From positions 3,475-67,474 of the forward strand of contig JAOZGX010000047.1 of assembly GCA_026015185.1 (NCBI GenBank): 64,000 nucleotides of DNA, read 5' to 3'. A model generated the notes under the pieces. That model ran no database searches. It was given only the letters and a program-made list of their open reading frames with translations, and was not told the DNA's origin. This document shows, in pieces, positions 50,240 to 59,294 of this stretch (the first letter of the stretch is position 1; each line of letters starts with the position of its first letter). The DNA comes from Candidatus Bathyarchaeota archaeon. Its GTDB lineage: Archaea > Thermoproteota > Bathyarchaeia > 40CM-2-53-6 > RBG-13-38-9. The position numbers and the translations under genes are program-made.

Positions 50240-50830
50240 GTGTATGTTATGCATCGACTTAGGCAAATATTATTAAAATCCCCTTGGATTATTTATTTTC
50301 CACTTTGGGCTTTATGGATAGTTCTTAATTTCACTGGCCCTGGGGCTTGGATTGGTCCAACAGTTCTAAAGCAACTTGTTTTAGGGCCAAGAACAGATTT
50401 GAATGTTATCTTTCCGATTACTTGGATAAGTGCTGTCGTATCTTTTATCTTTATAATTTATTTTCTTAGGAATCGGACTTCATTTTTTAATTCGTTGGCC
50501 ATATCTGCAGCATCTCAACTTGGAGCTACTTTCTTATTTGAATTCATCTTTAGTATTATCGCACTTTGTATTCATGATCATCCTATTTTAGAAGGAAATC
50601 CTTACTACATAGTGATCGGTCTATCATGGCTTGTCATGCCGATATGTGGAATAAGTTTCTGGTCATGGAATCAGCATCTTCAGGTATCAATAGGATTATT
50701 TGTATTGGGATTTTTGGTATGGTCGTTTATCGGATTTCCGATTTTGAAGGGGATAGATAGCATAGTATTAAACTATCTTACCAAGATTGCCTCATTTTAT
50801 ATAATTACGAGTTTGTACATTTCGGAATGA
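50240..50830 (+). CDS. Hypothetical membrane protein
   Basis: 196 aa with about 5 TM. Confidence 0.4.
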   Translation: MYVMHRLRQILLKSPWIIYFPLWALWIVLNFTGPGAWIGPTVLKQLVLGPRTDLNVIFPITWISAVVSFIFIIYFLRNRTSFFNSLAISAASQLGATFLFEFIFSIIALCIHDHPILEGNPYYIVIGLSWLVMPICGISFWSWNQHLQVSIGLFVLGFLVWSFIGFPILKGIDSIVLNYLTKIASFYIITSLYISE

Positions 50831-50844
50831 TGCTCATTTGAAGG

Positions 50845-52029
50845 CTACACTTCACAGACCGGCGCTCGCTTATATGCCCATAGAGAGATCAATAGAATTG
50901 CAATTGTTACAGCAAGTGGCAATCCGTATATGTTCCAAGCACTTGATGACATACCAAGTAATAGAATGCCTAGGATAGTGATCATTAAAGCCCACCAGTA
51001 AGCGAGTTTTGAAACCCTCAATTTTCTTCTAAAAGATCCTCTCAATCTTTCAGCCATACCAAAAAGACCAAATGGAATTATCAGAATATTGAATAATGCA
51101 GTACCCCAATGCATAGGATCCCAAGGTGGTTCGGGTGGAAGATTCACTTCCATAGGTTCACCAAAGAAAGCTCTAGATACCCAATAGATAAAGGGCATGT
51201 GTAATAGAAATAGAAAAGCAAGGGTTAAGAAGTGAATTTTGAGCCAATTTCGCCAGCGATGATGTGAAAATAGAAGCTCTTGCTTTCTGCCCTTTTCAAT
51301 TAGAATTAAAACAGCCATAATTATTAATAATATTAATGCTACGTATGTGCTTTGAATTCCAGATATCGCACCTGCCTCAGTTGGAATGATCAAAAAAGCC
51401 GAAAGTGCAGCTACAAGACTTGAGGATAATTTTTTCGCTTTGTATGCAACACCAATAGTAATTAGAATAATAGGGAAAGCGAAGTTATGTGCCCATCTGG
51501 GATCTGAAAGATAAGATGATAAATGTGGAAATAGCCACAAATATAGCCAGAACATTCCCATGAGGATTAGACCCGCACCAATATCAGTGAATCTCTTTAT
51601 TTTTAAGGCAACAGTTCTTGGAGGATTTAGGATCTCACACAACCTTTCATGGTGACCTTCCTCATCTGTATATATTTTTTGTAAAAGTTTCTTTATTCGC
51701 TCTTCTCCCTCTTCGTCCGCTATCTTGATGTATTTCTCAAGACGCCTCATGGCTTCAGCTTCGACATCTATATCTCTTTTTATAAGTTCTTCACGGGTCT
51801 TTCCAGCAGGTTTTAATTTTTTAGGAACTGTAGTAGGCACACCACCAAGACGAGCCACTTCTCTGGAACACCATTCAATGTGAGACATCTCTTCCATTGA
51901 GAAGTCTTCCATTAAATCGATCATCAGAGGATCATCAGTTAGGTAAGCGTGCTGTTGGTACTCTGCTACAGCTGCAAGCTCCACTGCAACAAGATCATTT
52001 AAAAATGTAATAAGTCTAGATTTGCCCAT
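50845..52029 (-). CDS. Ferritin-like/rubrerythrin-like diiron domain fused to a 6-TM membrane domain
   Basis: N-terminal four-helix-bundle-like region with E...ExxH-type carboxylate/His motifs (EMSHIEW; EEGHHERL). The C-terminal half is homologous to the ORF at 48018-48668. Confidence 0.5.
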   Translation of the reverse strand: MGKSRLITFLNDLVAVELAAVAEYQQHAYLTDDPLMIDLMEDFSMEEMSHIEWCSREVARLGGVPTTVPKKLKPAGKTREELIKRDIDVEAEAMRRLEKYIKIADEEGEERIKKLLQKIYTDEEGHHERLCEILNPPRTVALKIKRFTDIGAGLILMGMFWLYLWLFPHLSSYLSDPRWAHNFAFPIILITIGVAYKAKKLSSSLVAALSAFLIIPTEAGAISGIQSTYVALILLIIMAVLILIEKGRKQELLFSHHRWRNWLKIHFLTLAFLFLLHMPFIYWVSRAFFGEPMEVNLPPEPPWDPMHWGTALFNILIIPFGLFGMAERLRGSFRRKLRVSKLAYWWALMITILGILLLGMSSSAWNIYGLPLAVTIAILLISLWAYKRAPVCEV

Positions 52030-52098
52030 TGATAACGCCTTCAATTAACCAAACTATGAAATAGTCAGCTAAAAAATTTGATATTTTAATTATATATA

Positions 52099-53367
52099 TT
52101 ATTTGGCATATTTCTTGCTATCCTTTACCAATTTTATGATATATGTCCATCCCAAAACCTGCCAGGGTATCATTATTAGAAATTTTAACAACAATCTTGG
52201 GAATTTCACAATTCTATCCAATTCTCTTATAAAAGTCAATGGACGCGAAGAAATTAGGAAGAACATTTGGAAAGGGCTTGTATTTATGATCGAAAATATT
52301 GATGGCAAAATCCACGCCAGAGAGATTATCTTCCAATTCTTATCATAAACTAAAGTTGGGAGAATTATTAACGGAATTAAGAGAATAATATTCTGCTCAG
52401 AGACCCAACTTCTTGTTAGAATTGTAATGAAGATAATTGAAGAAGCCCATCTAAAAAGATCAATTCTATTTTCCAACTTTGTTTTTGACAACCCATAATA
52501 TAGAAAAACAAGTGCTGGAATCCATAGGTAACCCAGAAATTCTAATTCAGGAGGAAGTTTTTCCATGCCAGACAATAGATCAAAAATATTGAAGAAAGTA
52601 AAACATCCAGCTCTAATGAAATGGAAATCCAAATTACTAATTATAATGTTTAGATCCCAATCGAATATTCTAAAGGGTAGATAAGATAAACTGATAAAAG
52701 CCACTACAAAGGTTAAAAAAAATTTAATACTGCTTGAGGATTCATGATTTCTTTTTAGAAATATTAGATACATTGGAAAAAGTAAAAGCGGGATTATCTT
52801 CAAAGAAGTTGCAAGGGCAATAAGTAAAGATGATTTGATCCATTTACAATACAGTAAATAATCTATCGCCAAAATCACCAGCATGATAACAACGGAATCG
52901 AATTGCCCCCAGACAGCAGAGATATAGATGAAATAAGGATTAAAAAGAAAGAAGTGAAAAATCCTGTTCGAATTTATTTTATCTATACCTTCTTGATTGG
53001 CAATCTTTTCCATTATGAAAGCTAGTCCTATGTTGGCTAATATTCCAGGAATCTTTACTGCCAGATTATATACGAATATGTTGCTTGTGGATTTGTAGAC
53101 AATGAGATACACTAAGCCTAGAAATAGTCCCCAAGGAGGAGGGTATCCTAATCCAGGAAGGATTTCAAAGAATCCTTGATGATCGAAAATTGGACTTGTA
53201 GAAAATAATCCATAAGGTGCATTTCCGTTTGCAACAATATATCCACTTGTTAGGAAAATGCCCATATCGTATTGATGTCCTAAGAACAATCCTAAAATGC
53301 ATTGAATAATAAAACTGAATAGAACAAGAAAGAATCTTTTCCTATTAAATATCAACTTATTCGCCAT
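52099..53367 (-). CDS. Polytopic membrane protein, GT-C-fold glycosyltransferase-like
   Basis: 422 aa with about 11 TM. Compositionally and topologically similar to 48742-50154. Confidence 0.4.
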   Translation of the reverse strand: MANKLIFNRKRFFLVLFSFIIQCILGLFLGHQYDMGIFLTSGYIVANGNAPYGLFSTSPIFDHQGFFEILPGLGYPPPWGLFLGLVYLIVYKSTSNIFVYNLAVKIPGILANIGLAFIMEKIANQEGIDKINSNRIFHFFLFNPYFIYISAVWGQFDSVVIMLVILAIDYLLYCKWIKSSLLIALATSLKIIPLLLFPMYLIFLKRNHESSSSIKFFLTFVVAFISLSYLPFRIFDWDLNIIISNLDFHFIRAGCFTFFNIFDLLSGMEKLPPELEFLGYLWIPALVFLYYGLSKTKLENRIDLFRWASSIIFITILTRSWVSEQNIILLIPLIILPTLVYDKNWKIISLAWILPSIFSIINTSPFQMFFLISSRPLTFIRELDRIVKFPRLLLKFLIMIPWQVLGWTYIIKLVKDSKKYAK

Positions 53368-53382
53368 TCAGTTCTGCTATAA

Positions 53383-54744
53383 TTATCTTAAGACTCTGAA
53401 TATTTTATCAGTAAACCAATTAAACGGCTGCCCGAATATTTTGTAACCAGATCGTCCAAGATATTTCACAATCCTAAATTGCACAGCTGCTTTGATAATC
53501 GCAAATTTCAGTTTAGATTCAGAAAATTCTGAATCAAATTCCAATCTTTGATTGATAAGCCTTATTCCATGTGATTTTTTACTTTTCAAGGTATTCTTTA
53601 CCTTCATATGAAGACCGGTCCCTGGAATGGGATATGGAAGAGTGAAGGATACGTAATCTAAAGGAAGAGAAATTGCAAAGTCTATTGTATCAAGAATCGT
53701 CTCATTGCTTTCACCAGGATAACCTAAAATGAAAAAAGCCCCAGTCTCGATGCCAGCTGAACTAGCGGCGTTTATACCTTCTCTAGCTGTCTGAATTTCT
53801 ATATCTTTTTTCATAATCGTTTTTAAAATCTTATCATTCCCGGACTCAAGTCCAAAGTATATCCTTTGACAGCCAGCTTTCTTCATATGGTGAGCCATCT
53901 CCGCATCAAAGGTGTCTGCTCTAGATAAGCACTGCCATCTTATATCTAGATTTTGAGAAATTATCTCTTTACAGATTTCAATCACTCGCTCTTTTGAGAT
54001 AGTAAAACAATCATCTGCAAACCAGATCACATCATATCCTAATTTCTTGATCGAAACCATTTCCTCGACTATATTTTTAGGAGACCGAAGTCGTACAGTA
54101 TCGCCAAAAATCGGTTTGCTGCAAAAATCACAGTTATATGGGCAACCTCTAGTTGATATCATAGATGTCATTTTGTGACCAAAATATCTTTCATAGTAAT
54201 TCTGGTATGATTCATTATCAAAGAGTTCTCTAGCAGGTGAAGGAATTGAATCAATATCTTTGATAATAGAACTTTGCCTATTGTAATGGATTTTACCTTT
54301 ATCATTATATGCTATTCCAATAGTCTTCCGAAAATCTTTAGAATTGAAATAATTCATCGTTAGCTCTAGCATAATCTTTTCACCTTCTCCAATTATGACA
54401 GCATCAAAATCCTTTAGAAAATTTGAGGGTTCAATCGTAGGGAGTGGTCCTCCAACGACCAACAGACCAGTCATGTCCCTAACACTTTTTGCTAGAGATA
54501 TGCTTTCTTTTTCAATAGAATACATGGAATAGAATCCAATTATCTGTGGCTCTGATTTTTTGATCTCATTTAACACATCTACTTCAGTCTTAAAAGTACA
54601 ATCTATTATTCTTACCGTAAAATTTTCTTGCTTCAAAGTCGAAGCAATATATCCTAGTCCCAAAGGCGGAAATCTAAAAGGAGAATTATTCCATCTCTTC
54701 TTAAAGATAGGATTAACAAGAAGAACATCTACCAATAGATTCAC
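53383..54744 (-). CDS. B12-binding-domain radical SAM protein (class B)
   Basis: N-terminal cobalamin-binding Rossmann-like domain (PPLGLGYIASTLKQENFTVRIIDC). Radical SAM cluster TRGCPYNCDFC. Confidence 0.75.
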   Translation of the reverse strand: MNLLVDVLLVNPIFKKRWNNSPFRFPPLGLGYIASTLKQENFTVRIIDCTFKTEVDVLNEIKKSEPQIIGFYSMYSIEKESISLAKSVRDMTGLLVVGGPLPTIEPSNFLKDFDAVIIGEGEKIMLELTMNYFNSKDFRKTIGIAYNDKGKIHYNRQSSIIKDIDSIPSPARELFDNESYQNYYERYFGHKMTSMISTRGCPYNCDFCSKPIFGDTVRLRSPKNIVEEMVSIKKLGYDVIWFADDCFTISKERVIEICKEIISQNLDIRWQCLSRADTFDAEMAHHMKKAGCQRIYFGLESGNDKILKTIMKKDIEIQTAREGINAASSAGIETGAFFILGYPGESNETILDTIDFAISLPLDYVSFTLPYPIPGTGLHMKVKNTLKSKKSHGIRLINQRLEFDSEFSESKLKFAIIKAAVQFRIVKYLGRSGYKIFGQPFNWFTDKIFRVLR

Positions 54745-55589
54745 CTTTTGAGATGAATGTTATATGTGAAACATTCAATTCTTTTTGGGATCGAATAACA
54801 AAAACCAGACCAATTTAAACGTGGTCTAAGAGATTCACGTCCTCTAAATAGAACCGTTCCAGGAATTTCTTCAAGGCAAAACTTGACATTTGCCGCAATA
54901 TTTGATAAACATGCTTTTTTCGACTTAACTTCCTGCCATACTCCAATTTCGTCGTTTGTTAGAGTCTTTCCTTCTTCTTCATAAATATTAAAGTCAGAGG
55001 ATTGTTCATTAAAGATCAATATTTTTTGAATTTTTTTATCAATCAAGCCAGTAGAATCTACACTGATTTTTAATTGATCACCAATCAGTGAATAAACAAT
55101 TCTGATTTGACCCTTAGTTTCAATTTTTTGATGTGATAATCTTACACCAATTAATGATTGAATCCTAATAAGGGCATTCAGTAATGGTCTAGCTTTTTTG
55201 TTTTCTCTATATATTTTCGTTAACTTAGGTAGTAAAGTACCATAGAACCGATTATCTACATAGAATTTGCCTTTCCAATTTCTTCTTAAAATAGTATCAA
55301 TTTCAAAATTTTTCACTAAAGCGTCATTTTTTTTTGATATGCTTGCTGTGGAGGAGAAAATAACATCATTAGGATATTCTATAGCAACTGAACCGAATCC
55401 GATACCTTCACCACTTAGAGATCGATCCCTAAAATAGAGTTCAAGACCCTTTTGCAATCCCGATGAATCCCCAATATTGAAATGGTTCATATCAAATAAT
55501 TTCAATGAGATCTCACCATCAAGAATTAGGGATTTTTTTTCGAGTTTTTCGTAAGAAGTTTGATTGAGAGATCGATTTTTAACATTCAT
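54741..55589 (-). CDS. Hypothetical protein, translationally coupled to the B12-rSAM gene
   Basis: 282-aa ORF. Its stop overlaps the rSAM start by 4 nt. Confidence 0.4.
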   Translation of the reverse strand: MNVKNRSLNQTSYEKLEKKSLILDGEISLKLFDMNHFNIGDSSGLQKGLELYFRDRSLSGEGIGFGSVAIEYPNDVIFSSTASISKKNDALVKNFEIDTILRRNWKGKFYVDNRFYGTLLPKLTKIYRENKKARPLLNALIRIQSLIGVRLSHQKIETKGQIRIVYSLIGDQLKISVDSTGLIDKKIQKILIFNEQSSDFNIYEEEGKTLTNDEIGVWQEVKSKKACLSNIAANVKFCLEEIPGTVLFRGRESLRPRLNWSGFCYSIPKRIECFTYNIHLKR

Positions 55590-55747
55590 TACGATTTAAT
55601 GCATCCCTATATTTTCCTTATTAATGCTTACAAATCTAGTAAAAAATTTATTGATTCGCAATCCTATTCATAAGAAGTCTTATTAAAATTATTTTAGGAG
55701 AAATTTCAGTTATTCTTTTTGAAACCATTCTTTTATATTTTATAAAA

Positions 55748-56206
55748 TTGCAATTATTTCGAGGGGTTTTAAAAAATATGTCTTCTTCAGTCCTGGTTAG
55801 AGATTTAATGAGCAGAAATGTGAAAACCGTAAGACCTGATTCCAAGCTAAGAGAAGTTATTGAGAAGATGGTTAAATTTCATATTGGATCTATTATAGTT
55901 GTTCAAGGCGATAAGCCCATTGGTATCATTACAGAAAGGGATACTTTAAAATGTCTAACTGAGTCCCGTTTTGATTTAGAAGTCGCAGAAGCTAAGGATA
56001 TCATGTCAGGTCCTTTAGTTACAATAACAGAGGATGAGGATATAGAGCAGGCTTCCAGACTTATGATTAGAAATAATATCAAGAAGTTGCCCGTAGTTAT
56101 GGAAGGTAAGTTAGTAGGGATAGTCACTTCTTCAGACATAGTCAGAGGAACAGACCTGCTAACAGATACTCTTAAAGACATTTATAAAATCGGCAGAGAT
56201 GATTAA
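55748..56206 (+). CDS. CBS-domain pair protein
   Basis: Two CBS motifs (VVQGDKPIGIITERD; VVMEGKLVGIVTSSD). Confidence 0.8.
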   Translation: MQLFRGVLKNMSSSVLVRDLMSRNVKTVRPDSKLREVIEKMVKFHIGSIIVVQGDKPIGIITERDTLKCLTESRFDLEVAEAKDIMSGPLVTITEDEDIEQASRLMIRNNIKKLPVVMEGKLVGIVTSSDIVRGTDLLTDTLKDIYKIGRDD

Positions 56207-56452
56207 GAAATTTATCTCATGCTAAAGCAAAAAAAACTTTTAATATAAATTATTGAAAATAATTTTGAAATTATTTAGGTTTAAACTTTCCACAATAATA
56301 ATCCTTTTTTACTTTTTGCTTAATCAAAGAACAATTCAAGACCCCTTTTTTACTCCTCAAATATGCACAATTTTTACAGATCTTTTCCACGTCCATTCAT
56401 GTTCACCAAATTAATTTTTGTTATATTAATTATCTAACTATATCAAACTTTT

Positions 56453-56878
56453 TTAGGTTAATTTTTTAGAATGCAATCCTAATTTTTTTTCAATCCATGC
56501 TAACTTTAAAGTCATGTATGAAATCGCTGCAACAATTATTGCAGCTGAATAGAAGCCAATGCCAACTGCCATTCCTATTGAAGATGCTACCCATAAAGTT
56601 GCAGCAGTTGTGATTCCTGTAACCCTATCTCTAGTTTGAATGATAGTCCCAGCTCCAATAAAGCCTACACCAGCCACTATATAGGCCGCTATTCTAGATG
56701 GATCGGATCCTGGAAAAGCATAGAAAGAAAGGATTGTAAATTGAGCAGAACCTATCGAAACCAATATATGGGTTCTAAGGCCGGCTGGTTTGTCCCCTCT
56801 TTCTCTCTCAAGACCTATTAATGCACCCAATAGAAGAGCCAGAAATAATCTGATAATTAATTCAAATTCTGAGATCAT
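56453..56878 (-). CDS. MgtC/SapB-family membrane protein
   Basis: 141 aa with MgtC N-terminal domain signature (LLGALIGLERE...GLRTH). Confidence 0.7.
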   Translation of the reverse strand: MISEFELIIRLFLALLLGALIGLERERGDKPAGLRTHILVSIGSAQFTILSFYAFPGSDPSRIAAYIVAGVGFIGAGTIIQTRDRVTGITTAATLWVASSIGMAVGIGFYSAAIIVAAISYMTLKLAWIEKKLGLHSKKLT

Positions 56879-56936
56879 GATTAGTTATTTATTAGCGATT
56901 TAGTTTATAAAATCGTGGGCATGCAATAGTATTGCA

Positions 56937-57653
56937 CTAAATCATTCGTTTATTCTTAATCAAATACCCAATTATTAACAAAGAGAAATGAACTAATGTC
57001 GCATCTAGTCCCAATATGAACATGCTATTTTTAAATGTGGTAAGCGTCACATTAATCGACTCTAATTCAATCGCTATTGCTCTAATAATTACTGAAAAGG
57101 ATTTGAGAGAATTTCTAATGAAGTCAATAATCTTCACTCCCATACGAGTGACATCATCAATCTCGTCGACAGTTTTGAAAATATCATCAAGACTGAGGCT
57201 TTGGCTTTCAAAAGCTTGGGACAACTCCTTCAGATCCATCGCTGCATTACTAAGTGTGGTGGCAAAATCCTCTGATATCAATAACAGTATTGGTGAGCCG
57301 GATGCTTGAGTTAATTGTTCTGATGCCCTCTCTATATCAATAGACAATCTTGAGAGCGCTATTGATGATTCATTCAAGGTAAAAAATACATTGGTAAATT
57401 TATCTTCAAAATCAATAGCTGATCTTCTTAAATCATCAAGTTGAGAGTATGTTTCATTCATTGAGTTTTCTACAATTCTCAGTTCATTAACAACAGTTCT
57501 CAAAGTAGATTCCGTCTGTCCAAGGCTAAACATATAATATGAGCCTACTATTGGCCAAATTATTGTTCCTAATAAACCAAAAACAATCAGAAATAGAGGA
57601 AATATTCTTTTAGGAGTTATCTTTCGATTTTTCAATTTTGATTTATTTGTCAT
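56937..57653 (-). CDS. Hypothetical membrane-anchored coiled-coil protein
   Basis: N- and C-terminal TM helices flank a predicted helical domain. Confidence 0.35.
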   Translation of the reverse strand: MTNKSKLKNRKITPKRIFPLFLIVFGLLGTIIWPIVGSYYMFSLGQTESTLRTVVNELRIVENSMNETYSQLDDLRRSAIDFEDKFTNVFFTLNESSIALSRLSIDIERASEQLTQASGSPILLLISEDFATTLSNAAMDLKELSQAFESQSLSLDDIFKTVDEIDDVTRMGVKIIDFIRNSLKSFSVIIRAIAIELESINVTLTTFKNSMFILGLDATLVHFSLLIIGYLIKNKRMI

Positions 57654-57833
57654 AATAAAAACCTAGCTTGACTTGAATTATAAGAATATGAGGTCTATTT
57701 AATTGAATTTGTAAGCTTAGTATGCTTAAATATAACTGTGTTATATTTTTTTCTCCAGTATTATTTTTAATTTATCTTGTTATTTTTATAATTTAAAGTT
57801 TCAAATATCATAACAGTATCGGAGGTGAAAAGA

Positions 57834-57956
57834 TTGGCTAAAAAAGGAGACAAGTACAAATGCGATACATGTGGAATTGTGGTAGTTATTGATGAAGATT
57901 GTGGCTGTGCTGAATGTGATTTAGTTTGCTGTCAAGGATCGATGGAGAAGTGTTAG
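57834..57956 (+). CDS. Desulforedoxin-like small metal-binding protein (40 aa), not in supplied ORF track
   Basis: TTG start 8 nt after GGAGGTG. The peptide is (M)AKKGDKYKCDTCGIVVVIDEDCGCAECDLVCCQGSMEKC. Compare D. gigas desulforedoxin [33 protein letters not shown]. Confidence 0.6.
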   Translation: MAKKGDKYKCDTCGIVVVIDEDCGCAECDLVCCQGSMEKC

Positions 57957-58071
57957 TCTTATATTAAACTGAAATACAAAGAATTTTTCTTAAATCTTTT
58001 TTATACTGCAGAGATAGATCCGTTCTAATGATGTTCATATGGAGGGCAAGACCTTATTCGGGGGTTAATTC

Positions 58072-59283
58072 ATGGAAATCTCAGCTGACATATTATCTCT
58101 TGGCGTGATTTTATTAGGTATTTTAATAGCGCCAATGATTTCGACTAAAATAAAAATTCCCGTACTTATCGTTGAGGTAATTTATGGCATAATTATTGGC
58201 AAGTCTTTTCTAAACATAGTAACTGAGATCGAATGGCTTAGATTTTTCTCTTTTTTTGGTCTTGTTTACCTACTATTCCTTGCTGGATTGGAGATAGAAT
58301 TTGAAGAAATTCGGAGATCTATAATTCCTGTCATAGCTTTGGCTACAGGCTCGCTGGTTGTACCTTTTACTTTTGGCTACTTACTGGCCAGGGTTATTCA
58401 AATCAATCCAATCTTTCTCGGAGTAATTTTATGTACTACTTCCTTAGGTGTTGTACTCCCTATCACCAAATCATTAAGACAATACAAGTCACTCCAAATC
58501 CTTCTAGGGGCTACTGTGCTTGTGGATCTTGTAAGTATGTTTCTTCTTGTACTTACTTTTGAGACTTTTGTAGGATCACTGACATATTCTTATCTCTTAT
58601 CAATATCGTTCTTTCTTGCTATGTTTATACTTCCATTAATTATTGGTAGACTAGGTATTGGATCTAAAATATGGAATTGGTCTTTGAAAAGATCTCACTT
58701 TCAATTTGAGTTAAGATTTTGTTTGGGTTTAATAGCTATATTTGCAGTATTAGCTGAACTTGTTGGAGTACATGCGATATTAGGAGCTTTTTTAGCGGGG
58801 CTAATAATATCAGAATTGACTGATAGGGGTAGCGATTTAGAAGAAAAGCTACTTGGAATTGGTTACGGATTTTTTGTTCCATTTTTCTTTATCTTAGTAG
58901 GAATAAACACAAATATACCTCAAATATTTGGAAGCATGGGCGGCTTGTTTATATTGGTTTCAATTATTTTTGTAGGTATCTTCAGCAAAGTAATAGGTGT
59001 TGGAATTGTATCAAAAATCTTGGGATTCTCTTCGCGAGAAAGTCTAGCTTTAGGGTTTATACAAAGTGCTAGACTCAGTCTTGTGTTAGCTGGCATCGAA
59101 ATAGGAAGAAGTATAGGTTTAATTGACATGGCAATGTATTCAATATTCGTTATTTTCGCAATAGTGAGTGTATTAATTGCACCTTCTATTGGAGTGAGTC
59201 TATTAAGAAAGAGATTAGAAATTGTAAAATCAGTAAGCATACCAGAAGAATTTTGGGAACCATATCACGAAGACTTGATATGA
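58072..59283 (+). CDS. Cation:proton antiporter (CPA/ Na+-H+ exchanger family)
   Basis: 403 aa with about 12 TM, showing the Na_H_Exchanger family pattern. Confidence 0.65.
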   Translation: MEISADILSLGVILLGILIAPMISTKIKIPVLIVEVIYGIIIGKSFLNIVTEIEWLRFFSFFGLVYLLFLAGLEIEFEEIRRSIIPVIALATGSLVVPFTFGYLLARVIQINPIFLGVILCTTSLGVVLPITKSLRQYKSLQILLGATVLVDLVSMFLLVLTFETFVGSLTYSYLLSISFFLAMFILPLIIGRLGIGSKIWNWSLKRSHFQFELRFCLGLIAIFAVLAELVGVHAILGAFLAGLIISELTDRGSDLEEKLLGIGYGFFVPFFFILVGINTNIPQIFGSMGGLFILVSIIFVGIFSKVIGVGIVSKILGFSSRESLALGFIQSARLSLVLAGIEIGRSIGLIDMAMYSIFVIFAIVSVLIAPSIGVSLLRKRLEIVKSVSIPEEFWEPYHEDLI

Positions 59284-59294
59284 CCAATAACCAG

